Positions 46,947-56,342 of a stretch of 64,000 nt of DNA are shown here, piece after piece; positions within the stretch are counted from its first letter, which is position 1, and each line of letters begins with the position of its first letter. The stretch spans positions 85,347 through 149,346 of the forward strand of contig JACRDK010000004.1 in NCBI GenBank assembly GCA_016218585.1, read 5' to 3'. This stretch comes from Candidatus Doudnabacteria bacterium (GTDB lineage Bacteria > Patescibacteriota > Doudnabacteria > UBA920). Under the pieces are notes generated by a model. It searched no databases. It saw only the letters and a program-made list of their open reading frames with translations, and had not been told where the DNA came from. The position numbers and the translations under genes were made by a program.

Positions 46947-47978
46947 TTATTTTTCGGCTCCCGCCTGAAGACTGATGCGGTAAATATCAAGTAAGGCTAA
47001 AAAGACAGCCATTAAAATCGGTCCGAGCAAAAAACCAAGCGGACCAAAAAACTGCAAGCCGCCAATAACGCTAAACAAGACTAATAGCGGGTGAATGTTT
47101 GTTCTCGAGCCAATTAATTTTGGGCTTATAATATTATCAATCGTGCCCACGGCAATAGCTCCCCATATAGCCATGCCAACCGCCTGGCCGGTATGCCCTA
47201 CTATAAATAAATATATTACCGCCGGAATAATAGACAGCGAGGTGCCTAAGTTTGGGACTAAGGCCGCCAAGACCGTAAAAGCGCCCCAAAGAAAAGCTCC
47301 GGGAACTCCAAAAATTAAAAATCCCACAACCGCAACAGCACTCTGAGTCAAAGCAATTAAAAATGAACCCTTAACAAGACCGGTAACCGCCGCCTCAACT
47401 TTGGTAACTAAAATATCTTCGTTTTCGGCTGATAAAGGAAAAATAGAATAAACATAGCTTTTAACTTTTTTGCCGTCACGCAATAAATAATAAGCGGTAA
47501 AAAATATTAAAATTAAAGAAACAATAAAACTGGCTAAGTTGGAAAAGACAGCCGTTATTCCAACAAAGGCATTGGCCGCTAAACCGGAAATTTTTTGCGC
47601 CAGGTCGCTTAAAAATTTTAAAGCGTATTCCTGAGTTGGACCGGGCAAACTTTGTATAAAGGAAGTCTTGTCAAAAGATATGCTTCCCTGCTTATAGGAG
47701 TTAAACAAACTGTTAAGTTCATTAAATAACGTTTGCCCAAGCAAATATAATGGCACTATGATAATTAATAAAATAAGAAGAATGGTTAAAAAGGCTGCCC
47801 AGGATTCGCTTTTAATTTCCTTGCATAGCCTGGTGTAGACCGGAGAAAATAAAATTGCCAAAATTGCTCCTAAGGCTAAAAGTTTTAAAAATGGCAACCA
47901 AACAAAAAAGACCACGACCCCTACTAAGCCAAGCAGCAATAGAAAAGTAATTGTTTGTTGTTTTTGGTTTGTAATCAT
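46947..47978 (-). CDS. AI-2E family transporter
   Basis: DNIISPKL...HPLLVLFSVIGG..FG..G..GP. Confidence 0.9.
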   Translation of the reverse strand: MITNQKQQTITFLLLLGLVGVVVFFVWLPFLKLLALGAILAILFSPVYTRLCKEIKSESWAAFLTILLILLIIIVPLYLLGQTLFNELNSLFNSYKQGSISFDKTSFIQSLPGPTQEYALKFLSDLAQKISGLAANAFVGITAVFSNLASFIVSLILIFFTAYYLLRDGKKVKSYVYSIFPLSAENEDILVTKVEAAVTGLVKGSFLIALTQSAVAVVGFLIFGVPGAFLWGAFTVLAALVPNLGTSLSIIPAVIYLFIVGHTGQAVGMAIWGAIAVGTIDNIISPKLIGSRTNIHPLLVLFSVIGGLQFFGPLGFLLGPILMAVFLALLDIYRISLQAGAEK

Positions 47979-47983
47979 AAAAA

Positions 47984-49021
47984 TTATTTAGTTACTAGTT
48001 CTTTGTCTTTGCCGGAATAAATATCCACCAAGGCCATAAACATGGCCATTAAAATTGGGCCGATTAAAAATCCTAAATAGCCAAACAAGACCAATCCTCC
48101 CAAAATACTCAGCAAGGTAACCAACGGATGCAAGTTAGTTTTATAACCAATTAGCTTAGGGCTGATAAAATTACCGATCCCTTGGATTGTTACAAATGCC
48201 CAAATTGTCATACCCACAGCCGCGCCCGTGTGTCCGGAAATAAACAAATAAGCAATTGCCGGAATTAAAGACAATAAAGTTCCAACGGTTGGCACTAAGG
48301 AAGCTAAAACCGTAAACACGCCCCAGAGCAGCGGCTGAGATACGCCGAAAATAATAAAGCCAACCGTAGAAGCGGCGCCTTGCAACAAGGCAACAGTAAA
48401 CGAGCCTTGGACCACGCCATTTATGGCCATTTCTAATTTTTTTACCAGCAAAGCTTCGTGGCTTTGTTCCAGAGGAAATATTCGTTCAATAAAAGCCCGC
48501 AACCTGCTGCCGTCTTTAAGTAAGTAATAAAAAGTAAAGGCTACCAAAATTACGTCCAAAATAAATCCGGCAATGTTAGCGGCAATATCGGTAAGGCTTT
48601 GAAAAGCGTTTCCGGCGAAGGCCGAAGCCTTTGCGGAAATATTATTTAAAATATTTTGCGCCACACCCTGAACCGGCCCGGACAAATGGCTAACAAAGTT
48701 ATTTAAATTGGCAGCTAGGGAACCCTGGCTCGCCTGCTGTGTATAGACATTTACAATTTCATTAAATACCAGCTGCCCAATGCCGTACACAGGAACAATA
48801 ACTAAAATTAATGCAATTATTAAAGTGATGGCGGAGGCCAAACTTTCCGACTTAATGTTCTTGGAAATTTTTAACTTAACCGGTGAAAATAGCACAGCCA
48901 AAATTCCGCCTAAGGCTATTAGCTCAAAAAACGGCAAAAACATTAAGGCCACAGTTAAGCCGACAATTGCGAACAGAATATAGAAGCTAATGTTTTGAAT
49001 TTTGTTTCCGGATGAGGCCAT
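47984..49021 (-). CDS. AI-2E family transporter (tandem paralog)
   Basis: Same C-terminal signature as the neighbouring gene. Confidence 0.9.
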   Translation of the reverse strand: MASSGNKIQNISFYILFAIVGLTVALMFLPFFELIALGGILAVLFSPVKLKISKNIKSESLASAITLIIALILVIVPVYGIGQLVFNEIVNVYTQQASQGSLAANLNNFVSHLSGPVQGVAQNILNNISAKASAFAGNAFQSLTDIAANIAGFILDVILVAFTFYYLLKDGSRLRAFIERIFPLEQSHEALLVKKLEMAINGVVQGSFTVALLQGAASTVGFIIFGVSQPLLWGVFTVLASLVPTVGTLLSLIPAIAYLFISGHTGAAVGMTIWAFVTIQGIGNFISPKLIGYKTNLHPLVTLLSILGGLVLFGYLGFLIGPILMAMFMALVDIYSGKDKELVTK

Positions 49022-49217
49022 AAATATATTTAATTATCTCTCCGTTAAATTATAGCAAATAATTGACAAAAAGGCACTATTTATGCTATATTTTATACAT
49101 CTGCCCTAGAGGTTTTTGGGCAATTTTTATTTGATAAATTAGATTTAAGATTGGCGATTTAAGATTAAAGTCTTGTCCCTTCTATAATCTGTTAACTTTA
49201 ATCCATAATCTAATATT

Positions 49218-51056
49218 ATGAAAAGAGACAACATAAGAAATATTGCCATTATTGCCCACGTTGACCACGGCAAAACCACGCTGGTAGACGCCATGCTCAA
49301 ACAGACACAAACTGTGAAAGTCAACGACGACACCAAAGATTTAATAATGGACTCCATGGATTTGGAGCGTGAACGCGGAATTACCATTCGCGCCAAAAAC
49401 GCTTCCCTTATTTACAATGGCACCAAAATTAATATTGTAGACACTCCGGGACACGCCGACTTTGGCGGTGAAGTAGAACGCACCTTAAGAATGGCTGACG
49501 GTGTTTTGCTGTTGGTGGATGCTAAAGAAGGCCCAATGCCTCAAACTAAGTTCGTGCTTAAAAAAGCTTTGGAACTTGGCCTTAAAGCTATTGTGGTAAT
49601 AAACAAAGTAGATAAAGACGGCGCTGCTCCCGATGCAACCGTAGACAAAACTTTTGATTTATTTGTCAGCTTAAACGCCAGCCATGAGCAATTGGATTTC
49701 CCGATTATTTATGCTTCCGGTTTTAAGGGCTTGGCCGACACAGATTTAGACAGCTTAAAAACCAAAATCGCTTCCGGCGCCGAACCAGACGTCGCTCCCC
49801 TGTTTGACGCGATAATAAAATTTATTCCGGCTCCGGATGTAAAACCCGAAGATCCTTTTGCCATGCTCGTTTTAGCTTTAAAGTATGACAACTACAAAGG
49901 CAAGCTTGGTATTGGCAAGATTGTTTCCGGCGGCGTAAAAAAAGCGCAAAACATTGCGCGCATTAACCCGGCCGGGCAAGCAACAGTCGGCAAAGCCACT
50001 GCTTTGCAAATGTACGAAGGCTTGGCGCCAATTGACGTGGAAGAAGCCACAGCCGGCGATATTGTTGCCGTTGGCGGATTTGATGATATTTCCATTGGCG
50101 AAACTTTAACCGACCCAACCAGCCCAATCCATTTAGAGCCCGTGGAAATTGAACCGCCAACCATAAAAATGACTTTTGGCGTGAACACTTCCCCGTTTGC
50201 CGGCAAAGAAGGTAAATTTGTTACCTCCAGAAATTTGCGCGACCGCCTTTATAAAGAACTGGAAGTTAACGTGGCGCTTAAAGTTGAGCCTTCAGAAGAA
50301 GGCGCGGAAAGCTTTTTGGTTTCCGGACGCGGTGAATTACATTTGGGCGTGTTGATTGAAACTATGCGCAGAGAAGGTTTTGAATTGCAAGTTTCTCAGC
50401 CGCAAGTTATTTATCACGAAAAAGACGGGCAGAAAATGGAACCTTACGAAATGGTTACCATTGACGTTCCTTCCGAATACCAAGGCGCGGTCATTGAAAA
50501 TCTTGGACGACGCGGCGGCGAGTTATTGCATATGGATTCTTCCAACAATACCGAATTGCACGCGGAATATTTAATTCCAACACGCGGTCTTATTGGTTTA
50601 AAAAACCTGCTCCTTACCCAGACCCGCGGCACTGTTATTTTAAACAACTTGTTCGACAGCTATAAGCCGGTTCATGAAATTGACACTCACGTTAATGACC
50701 ACGGCAGCTTAATTTCTTCCGAAACAGGCGTGTCTAATGCTTACGGATTAAACAATGCCCAGGAACGCGGTATTTTGTTTATTGGCCCTGCCGTAGAAGT
50801 TTATGAAGGTATGGTTGTTGGTAAAAATGCTTTAAACAGCGATATTGAATTAAATGTTTGTAAGACCAAAAAACTTACCAACATTCGCTCCTCCGGCACC
50901 GACGAAGCAATTATTTTAACTCCTCCCCGCCCGGTAGAACTGGACTTTGCTCTTGAATACATTGGTCCGGATGAACTGGTGGAAGTTACCCCGCAATCAA
51001 TTAGAATCCGCAAAAAAATCCTTTCCGCGACCGAACGCAAACGCGCCGCGAGATAA
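49218..51056 (+). CDS. typA: Translational GTPase TypA/BipA
   Basis: [35 protein letters not shown]. Confidence 0.97.
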   Translation: MKRDNIRNIAIIAHVDHGKTTLVDAMLKQTQTVKVNDDTKDLIMDSMDLERERGITIRAKNASLIYNGTKINIVDTPGHADFGGEVERTLRMADGVLLLVDAKEGPMPQTKFVLKKALELGLKAIVVINKVDKDGAAPDATVDKTFDLFVSLNASHEQLDFPIIYASGFKGLADTDLDSLKTKIASGAEPDVAPLFDAIIKFIPAPDVKPEDPFAMLVLALKYDNYKGKLGIGKIVSGGVKKAQNIARINPAGQATVGKATALQMYEGLAPIDVEEATAGDIVAVGGFDDISIGETLTDPTSPIHLEPVEIEPPTIKMTFGVNTSPFAGKEGKFVTSRNLRDRLYKELEVNVALKVEPSEEGAESFLVSGRGELHLGVLIETMRREGFELQVSQPQVIYHEKDGQKMEPYEMVTIDVPSEYQGAVIENLGRRGGELLHMDSSNNTELHAEYLIPTRGLIGLKNLLLTQTRGTVILNNLFDSYKPVHEIDTHVNDHGSLISSETGVSNAYGLNNAQERGILFIGPAVEVYEGMVVGKNALNSDIELNVCKTKKLTNIRSSGTDEAIILTPPRPVELDFALEYIGPDELVEVTPQSIRIRKKILSATERKRAAR

Positions 51057-51070
51057 AAATTATACAAATG

Positions 51071-51109
51071 AAAACAGCGCTCAAGTCCTCCGGGTTCGAG
51101 CGCTGTTTT
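51071..51109. terminator. Bidirectional terminator
   Basis: AAAACAGCGCTC...GAGCGCTGTTTT. Confidence 0.8.
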
Positions 51110-51134
51110 GTTGCTTGACGGCCTGGTCATTGTG

Positions 51135-51530
51135 TTATCTGATGCCGCCGCTGAACATATTGGCCATTAGCTCGTCCCGATTAGGCCCGCCGAGCCCCGT
51201 TCTGCGAGCAGAAGCAGAACCGGCAGTGCATGGTTGAGATGGCGAAACACTCGCAGTGACAAGCGAGAAATCAACCTCGTCGGGCGAACAAAAAAAATAA
51301 AAGACCAGCTGCTGCGGAAGCATCCACGCATGTCCGTCTTCTATCATTTTGTGATAGAACAGCCAAAGATGATTTATGATTGAAGTCTTTGTCTGCTCAG
51401 TCATGTCTTCAAAACCATCCGTACGATACCATTGCCGAAACAACTCCTCACCAATTTCTAACTGACGATGTTTTGGGCAGTTTGGTTGAGCCGCCTCAAC
51501 CAATAGATCATAAACTTCCTTTTGGGTCAT
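51135..51530 (-). CDS. Orphan hypothetical protein
   Basis: SD AAGGAGG and own promoter. Confidence 0.6.
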   Translation of the reverse strand: MTQKEVYDLLVEAAQPNCPKHRQLEIGEELFRQWYRTDGFEDMTEQTKTSIINHLWLFYHKMIEDGHAWMLPQQLVFYFFCSPDEVDFSLVTASVSPSQPCTAGSASARRTGLGGPNRDELMANMFSGGIR

Positions 51531-51597
51531 AAACCCCTCCTTCTGGATTCACAGACGATTTACCATACCAAAAAAAATAAAAATTGTCTATAAAAAC

Positions 51598-51628
51598 AAT
51601 GGGCGTCGACATGCTGTCGACGCCCATT
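51598..51628 (-). terminator. Hairpin between the two orphan genes
   Basis: AATGGGCGTCGACA-TGC-TGTCGACGCCCATT. Confidence 0.75.
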
Positions 51629-51641
51629 CTGATACCTAACG

Positions 51642-51950
51642 TTATCCGCCACCTACAAGGGAACCCCATTTAATAGGGCTGTTGCTGCCTGGCTTTGTCT
51701 GGGTTTGGATGAATTCATCGAGCCTGGATGTCGGCATCGCTTTGGTCAGATGGACCATACCGATAGTGCCGATTTGGCCGGCCAAGTCACTCTTGGCCTT
51801 TGCAGCGTAGTTGTCGAGGCTGGCAGTAGCACAGACGTGCCTGCCAAAAAGCCTGGCCTCTAGACCGAATTTTGCCAGCAGCGCCTTTGCTGTCTCAAAG
51901 AGGACGCCCTCTCTAAGAACAATGACTATAAGTACAGATCGTTCCTGCAT
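51642..51950 (-). CDS. Orphan hypothetical protein
   Basis: SD AAGGGGG and a promoter nearly identical to that of 51135-51530. Confidence 0.55.
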   Translation of the reverse strand: MQERSVLIVIVLREGVLFETAKALLAKFGLEARLFGRHVCATASLDNYAAKAKSDLAGQIGTIGMVHLTKAMPTSRLDEFIQTQTKPGSNSPIKWGSLVGGG

Positions 51951-52103
51951 AAGTCCCCCCTTCTCAATCCAACAGAGACCTTACCATACCAAAAAAAATA
52001 AAGGCTGTCCAGAAAAGGACAGTCTTTAAATATTGCCATACGTTTTCTCCAAGAGATTAGCACTTAACAGCCTCTCCCTACCCTCCCCTTATGAGGGGAG
52101 GGG

Positions 52104-53084
52104 CTAAAACAGCTGCACTACAATTAAGTCCAACAAAACGCGCGGCGGGGTGCTGGAGGTTTTAAGCTCTTCATCCAGCGCTTTTAACTTATTTAAAAAA
52201 TCCAAAACTTTTTTATTGGCAAAACGGCTGGCAATTTTCTTCATAACAAACAAGCGGCCGCTTTTCCACCCGGTCATTTCCAAAATATCGCCTTCGGTTT
52301 TCTTTTGTTCAGTTAAATCCTGAATCATGGCAACATTACGGAATTGCTCAGCCAGCAATGCATTTAACTGGATAATTGCCGTTTTTTCGTCTGCGGTTGC
52401 CTGCTGGCGCAAAAATCCATGCATTAACTGAAGCGATTTTTGTTTATCGTTATCGGCAATGGCATTGGTAAGCTCAAATACATCCACTTCCCCATTTTCT
52501 GAAACTAAATTATTTACATCTTTTGCCTGAAGAACAGAACCGTTGGCAAAGGCAGCTAATTTTTTTAGCTCGGAATCGGCCTGCCATAAATTATAAACTT
52601 CTTGAACATCTATAATTTTTCCGCCAACTTTAGTTTCTTTTGCTGCATCGCGGCCCAAGCGAACGGCCAACGCTTCCAAAGCCTCGTTGTCCATTGAAAG
52701 TTTGTAATCCTGAGCGCGTTGTTTTAACCAGTTATTCAATTCTTCCCCGTGCGGCAAAGCAAACTGCCTAACTTCAACTTTTGGATTAGCCAACATTTTT
52801 TTATTGTCGGCATTTCTTTTGTCCAGTTTTTCCTCTAAAAAAATTATATGATTTTTGCCGCCAGCCAAAGAATTTACAATGGCCTCGTCTGCAAATTTGG
52901 CGGCCATATTTCTTAAGACGTAAATTTTTTGCTTAGAAAACAGGTCCTGGCCGGCCAAATCCTCGGCCATAGGCATATTCTCGGCATCACTAAAAATTTC
53001 AGGCTTAATGCCCAATTTTTGCTCTAAAACGGCCACTTGTTGCTGTTTCTCAAAGTCATTTGGGCCTAAAAACAAATATAACAT
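52104..53084 (-). CDS. holA: DNA polymerase III delta subunit
   Basis: MLYLFLG start, ELKKL, VFELTNAI, DEELKTS. Confidence 0.8.
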   Translation of the reverse strand: MLYLFLGPNDFEKQQQVAVLEQKLGIKPEIFSDAENMPMAEDLAGQDLFSKQKIYVLRNMAAKFADEAIVNSLAGGKNHIIFLEEKLDKRNADNKKMLANPKVEVRQFALPHGEELNNWLKQRAQDYKLSMDNEALEALAVRLGRDAAKETKVGGKIIDVQEVYNLWQADSELKKLAAFANGSVLQAKDVNNLVSENGEVDVFELTNAIADNDKQKSLQLMHGFLRQQATADEKTAIIQLNALLAEQFRNVAMIQDLTEQKKTEGDILEMTGWKSGRLFVMKKIASRFANKKVLDFLNKLKALDEELKTSSTPPRVLLDLIVVQLF

Positions 53085-53152
53085 AACTCCCTTGAAAATA
53101 TTAGATAAATATGGTAAAATATCAAAGACTTGAAAATTTGCTACCCTCACAT

Positions 53153-53228
53153 GGGTCGGTAGCTCAGCTGGTAGAGCAGTAGCCTCTTAAGCTATTTGTC
53201 GTGGGTTCGACCCCCACCCGACCCACCA
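53153..53228 (+). tRNA. tRNA-Lys(CUU)
   Basis: GGGTCGG/CCGACCC acceptor stem, loop CTCTTAA, CCA encoded. Confidence 0.95.
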
Positions 53229-53434
53229 CGTCGTTCGCGAACGACGTGGCCCACCATGCACCATTCGCTCGTTTTCAGACGACTAGTTCATCATAGAATA
53301 ATGACATCACTAATTGATGTCATTTTTTATTAGGCGCCCAATGGTGCTCCCGGCAACCTGCCCGTCCTGTCTACCGATAGGCAGGCGGCAGGCAGGGATT
53401 CGTCTTCTGGTATACGATTCAGATTCTAAATTTC

Positions 53435-53645
53435 TGGTGCACCCGGCAAGATTCGAACTTGCTACCTTCCCGATGTACATCGGGACGCTCCCCGCCCGCA
53501 CGACTCGTCTGGTGACCTCGGCAGGAATCGAACCTACATCACTGGTTTCGAAGACCAGTGCTCTATCCATTGAGCTACGAGGCCGTCAGGCGAGTCGAGC
53601 GGATATCCAAATGCCTGTCCGCCTCGGGCGGAAGCTTACGGGTGC
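53435..53645 (-). pseudogene. Interrupted tRNA-like scaffold enclosing tRNA-Arg
   Basis: Acceptor GCACCCG/CGGGTGC-A-CCA, T-arm GCAAG-TTCGAAT-CTTGC; D-stem GCTC/GAGC after removing two inserts. Confidence 0.75.
53510..53584 (-). tRNA. tRNA-Arg(UCG)
   Basis: GGCCTCG/CGAGGTC acceptor stem, CTGGT-CTTCGAA-ACCAG anticodon arm, CCA. Confidence 0.95.
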
Positions 53646-53704
53646 ATTTATCCCAATAATTATAGCTTAAGCCGAAAGTTTGCGCTACATAGGCCCAATT
53701 ACAA

Positions 53705-53740
53705 AAATACCCGCCCCAGCTTAAGTTGAGGCGGGTATTT
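53705..53740 (-). terminator. Terminator of the pil operon
   Basis: AAATACCCGCC...GGCGGGTATTT just after the last stop. Confidence 0.75.
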
Positions 53741-53749
53741 ATTTGAGAC

Positions 53750-54064
53750 CTATTGGGAAACTGAGTTATCAAAGGGATTGACGGTAACAGAATTTGAGGG
53801 TTCAAAATTTTGCGCGTTCTTTATCCTGTTAACTACAAGGTCATACTTGGTAAAGTCTATTCTCACACCCTGATCTTTTATTGCCACCTGTGGTTCGCTG
53901 CGAAAATCCATAATTATTTTTACCGATGTTTGAATTTCAAATATTTCCGCCGCTATAATTAACAAAAAAACTACAAAAAATAGCCAGCTCAAATTACGGC
54001 CAAGTTTATTGGTAAAATTTTTAAAAGCAATTATATTGATATTAATTTTATTTAAATTAGCCAT
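53750..54064 (-). CDS. Small TM protein at the PilP position
   Basis: Single TM, NPF motif, last gene of pilMNO operon. Confidence 0.55.
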   Translation of the reverse strand: MANLNKININIIAFKNFTNKLGRNLSWLFFVVFLLIIAAEIFEIQTSVKIIMDFRSEPQVAIKDQGVRIDFTKYDLVVNRIKNAQNFEPSNSVTVNPFDNSVSQ

Positions 54065-54065
54065 A

Positions 54066-54617
54066 TTATTTGCTTAAGTAAAAATTGGCGGTTAAGTTTG
54101 CCGACACTGTTCCCCTGTCGGCGCTGCTTAGGCTTACGCTAGTTAAATTGGTGACAAATCCAAGATTTTCCAAAACTTCAATATAATTAACAACCTGCTC
54201 CAAACTGCCGTTTAAGTTTATGCCATAAGGAACCATGGCTATAGATGTGGCTGTTTTGGCTTTGGCTGCTGTAGCCACTGTACCGCTTATGCCGGACAAT
54301 TGCATTTGCACTCCGACTTTGTCCGCCCAAGTTTCTAAGGTTTCAATTTCTTTTACTAAGGCAACATCCTTGCTAAAAAAATTGTCCGGTTGGTACTGTT
54401 TTTTTGCTAAAGTCTGCAAATCCTGTTGAGCCTTTAAGTAACTGGCTTTTTCTGCTTTCAGCAAAGCCAATTCCTGCCTTTGTTTTGCCATTGAGTCTAC
54501 AATCTTTTGGTTTGACTCATCCAATATTCCAAAAATAAACAAAAACATAACCAAACTGACCGCCAACCAGGAGGTAAATAAAATTATAACTTTATTTTTT
54601 GCGGAAAATTTTCCCAT
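54066..54617 (-). CDS. PilO-like pilus assembly protein
   Basis: TM, coiled coil, G..EQV..YI..LENL; synteny. Confidence 0.7.
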   Translation of the reverse strand: MGKFSAKNKVIILFTSWLAVSLVMFLFIFGILDESNQKIVDSMAKQRQELALLKAEKASYLKAQQDLQTLAKKQYQPDNFFSKDVALVKEIETLETWADKVGVQMQLSGISGTVATAAKAKTATSIAMVPYGINLNGSLEQVVNYIEVLENLGFVTNLTSVSLSSADRGTVSANLTANFYLSK

Positions 54618-54618
54618 A

Positions 54619-55173
54619 TTATTTTAACAGGCTATCCTGGATGCTAAAGGTAAAATGAAACGGTGAATTATTTGGCTTTGCAACATTTTCTAATGGATAG
54701 TCAACATTATAAAATTCTGCGCTATCTTTAAGAATATTATTATATAGCTGAATAACGGTTTCGCGGCTGGAACTCAAACCATTTATAGTGATGGTCTTTT
54801 TAACCGGCTCAACAACAAAAGTATTTATTTTTGTGCCCGGCGGCGGCAAAACCACAAAGGCCTTTATAACCTTTGACCATTTAGGCGAAGAGTTTGCCAA
54901 ATTTTGGAAATCTGAAACCGTATCATTTACCGCTTTAATTTTTTTCTTAATATCAGCATTCTCCTGTTTGCTTACCTGGCCTTGCAAGTCTGCAATTTCC
55001 GCCTTATAAACCCCGGCTTCAATTTGTAAATAAAACTTTGTGCCAAACTGGGCCATAAGAACTAAAATAAAACTAAAAGCCGTAGCCCAAACCAAAACCC
55101 ACAAACTATGAAGCATAACTTCATAGTGCAGCTCTCTCTGTTTATTTTTTGGCAACAGGTTAATTAATTTCAT
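54619..55173 (-). CDS. PilN-like pilus assembly protein
   Basis: INLLP N-terminal motif and TM. Confidence 0.75.
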   Translation of the reverse strand: MKLINLLPKNKQRELHYEVMLHSLWVLVWATAFSFILVLMAQFGTKFYLQIEAGVYKAEIADLQGQVSKQENADIKKKIKAVNDTVSDFQNLANSSPKWSKVIKAFVVLPPPGTKINTFVVEPVKKTITINGLSSSRETVIQLYNNILKDSAEFYNVDYPLENVAKPNNSPFHFTFSIQDSLLK

Positions 55174-55179
55174 ATAAAT

Positions 55180-56247
55180 TTAGTAAACATCAAAGTTCAT
55201 CCCCCGATGAGCCAAGCCGATAGCGGTAACATAGCCCAGGCTATCCAGGCTTTCCATTTGCGGGGTTTTTAAGCCCGGCAAATTTTGCCAGGGATTTGCC
55301 AGCTCAACCTTAGCCACTCCCGCCTCCTGCATTTGTGGGGCTAAAAAGTCAATTAAATTTTTAAGCTTGGCGCTGCCGCCGGCCAAAATAATGCTGCTTA
55401 CTTGTTTTTCGGAATGTTCATTATGGAATTTTAAAATATTTTTTATTTCGGCGCTTAAGTTATTCAACACCGGCAAAACCACCGTGCGGATATTTGGATA
55501 TTCCGTGGTATTAGAGATTCCAACTTTTCTTTTTATTTCTTCGGCCTTGCTGCTGGAAACCCCCATTGTCCTGGCAATACTTTCGGTAAAAGCATTTCCG
55601 CCAATAGGAATGGTTGAGGTAAATTGCAAATTACCCTCCTCCACCATAATTAAGCTGCTGCGGCTGGCGCTAATGTCTACAATCAATACGGTTTCTTTGC
55701 TGTCCTGCGGGATAACAGCTCTATGGCAACTTTGCGACTCAACTTCTAAAGCTACTACTTTTAAACCGGCGCGCTCTAATGTTTCCAAAAATCCATCCAC
55801 AAACTGTTTTGGCGAGGCAACCATTAAAATATTCATTTTATCCCCTGTTTCGCCAATCTTTTGCCAATCTAAATAAACCTGGTCTATAGGCAGCGGGATA
55901 AAGCTTTCCGCTTCAAATGGTACGGCATTCTCCGCTTCTTTTTCACTCATTAAGGGAATCTGAATTACTCTAACAAAAGATTTTGATTCCGGCAGGCTGG
56001 CCACGACAAAATTAGTATCAATTTTTCCAAATTGAGGCTTTTGCAAAATTTGCTTAACTAGGAAATTAAAAGTTTTTCCGTCGGTGACAGCGTCGTTAAT
56101 TATCATCCCCTTGGGCAACGACACTTCGCCAAATCCTTTTAAAATAGATTCTTTTTTGTTTCCGTGAAATTGGGCAATTTTTAAGGTGGCGTTGCTAACA
56201 TCCAATCCAAATGCCGGTAAATTTTTAGACAAAAAGTTAAATTTCAC
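55180..56247 (-). CDS. pilM: Type IV pilus assembly protein PilM
   Basis: FGLDVS, IPIGG, LAGGSA, AIGLA. Confidence 0.9.
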   Translation of the reverse strand: MKFNFLSKNLPAFGLDVSNATLKIAQFHGNKKESILKGFGEVSLPKGMIINDAVTDGKTFNFLVKQILQKPQFGKIDTNFVVASLPESKSFVRVIQIPLMSEKEAENAVPFEAESFIPLPIDQVYLDWQKIGETGDKMNILMVASPKQFVDGFLETLERAGLKVVALEVESQSCHRAVIPQDSKETVLIVDISASRSSLIMVEEGNLQFTSTIPIGGNAFTESIARTMGVSSSKAEEIKRKVGISNTTEYPNIRTVVLPVLNNLSAEIKNILKFHNEHSEKQVSSIILAGGSAKLKNLIDFLAPQMQEAGVAKVELANPWQNLPGLKTPQMESLDSLGYVTAIGLAHRGMNFDVY

Positions 56248-56342
56248 AATTTTTTTCTCCAGATTAAATATAACAGGAATATTTAAAAAAATGAAGCTCT
56301 GCTAGCATCCTATATCCTAGATACTAAATTCTAAATGCTATT

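Noticed and set aside
46947-49021. Tandem AI-2E transporters as a novel system
   Set aside because: Ordinary paralog pair.
51135-52011. Integron cassette array
   Set aside because: No attC-type RYYYAAC...GTTRRRY pairs or integrase seen, and the genes have their own promoters.
53468-53485. Outer scaffold as functional tRNA-Val(UAC) or Tyr(GUA)
   Set aside because: The arm is a perfect palindrome without a canonical 7-nt anticodon loop.
53310-53670. ORFs overlapping the tRNA region (also 16129-16335)
   Set aside because: Better explained by tRNAs and palindromes.
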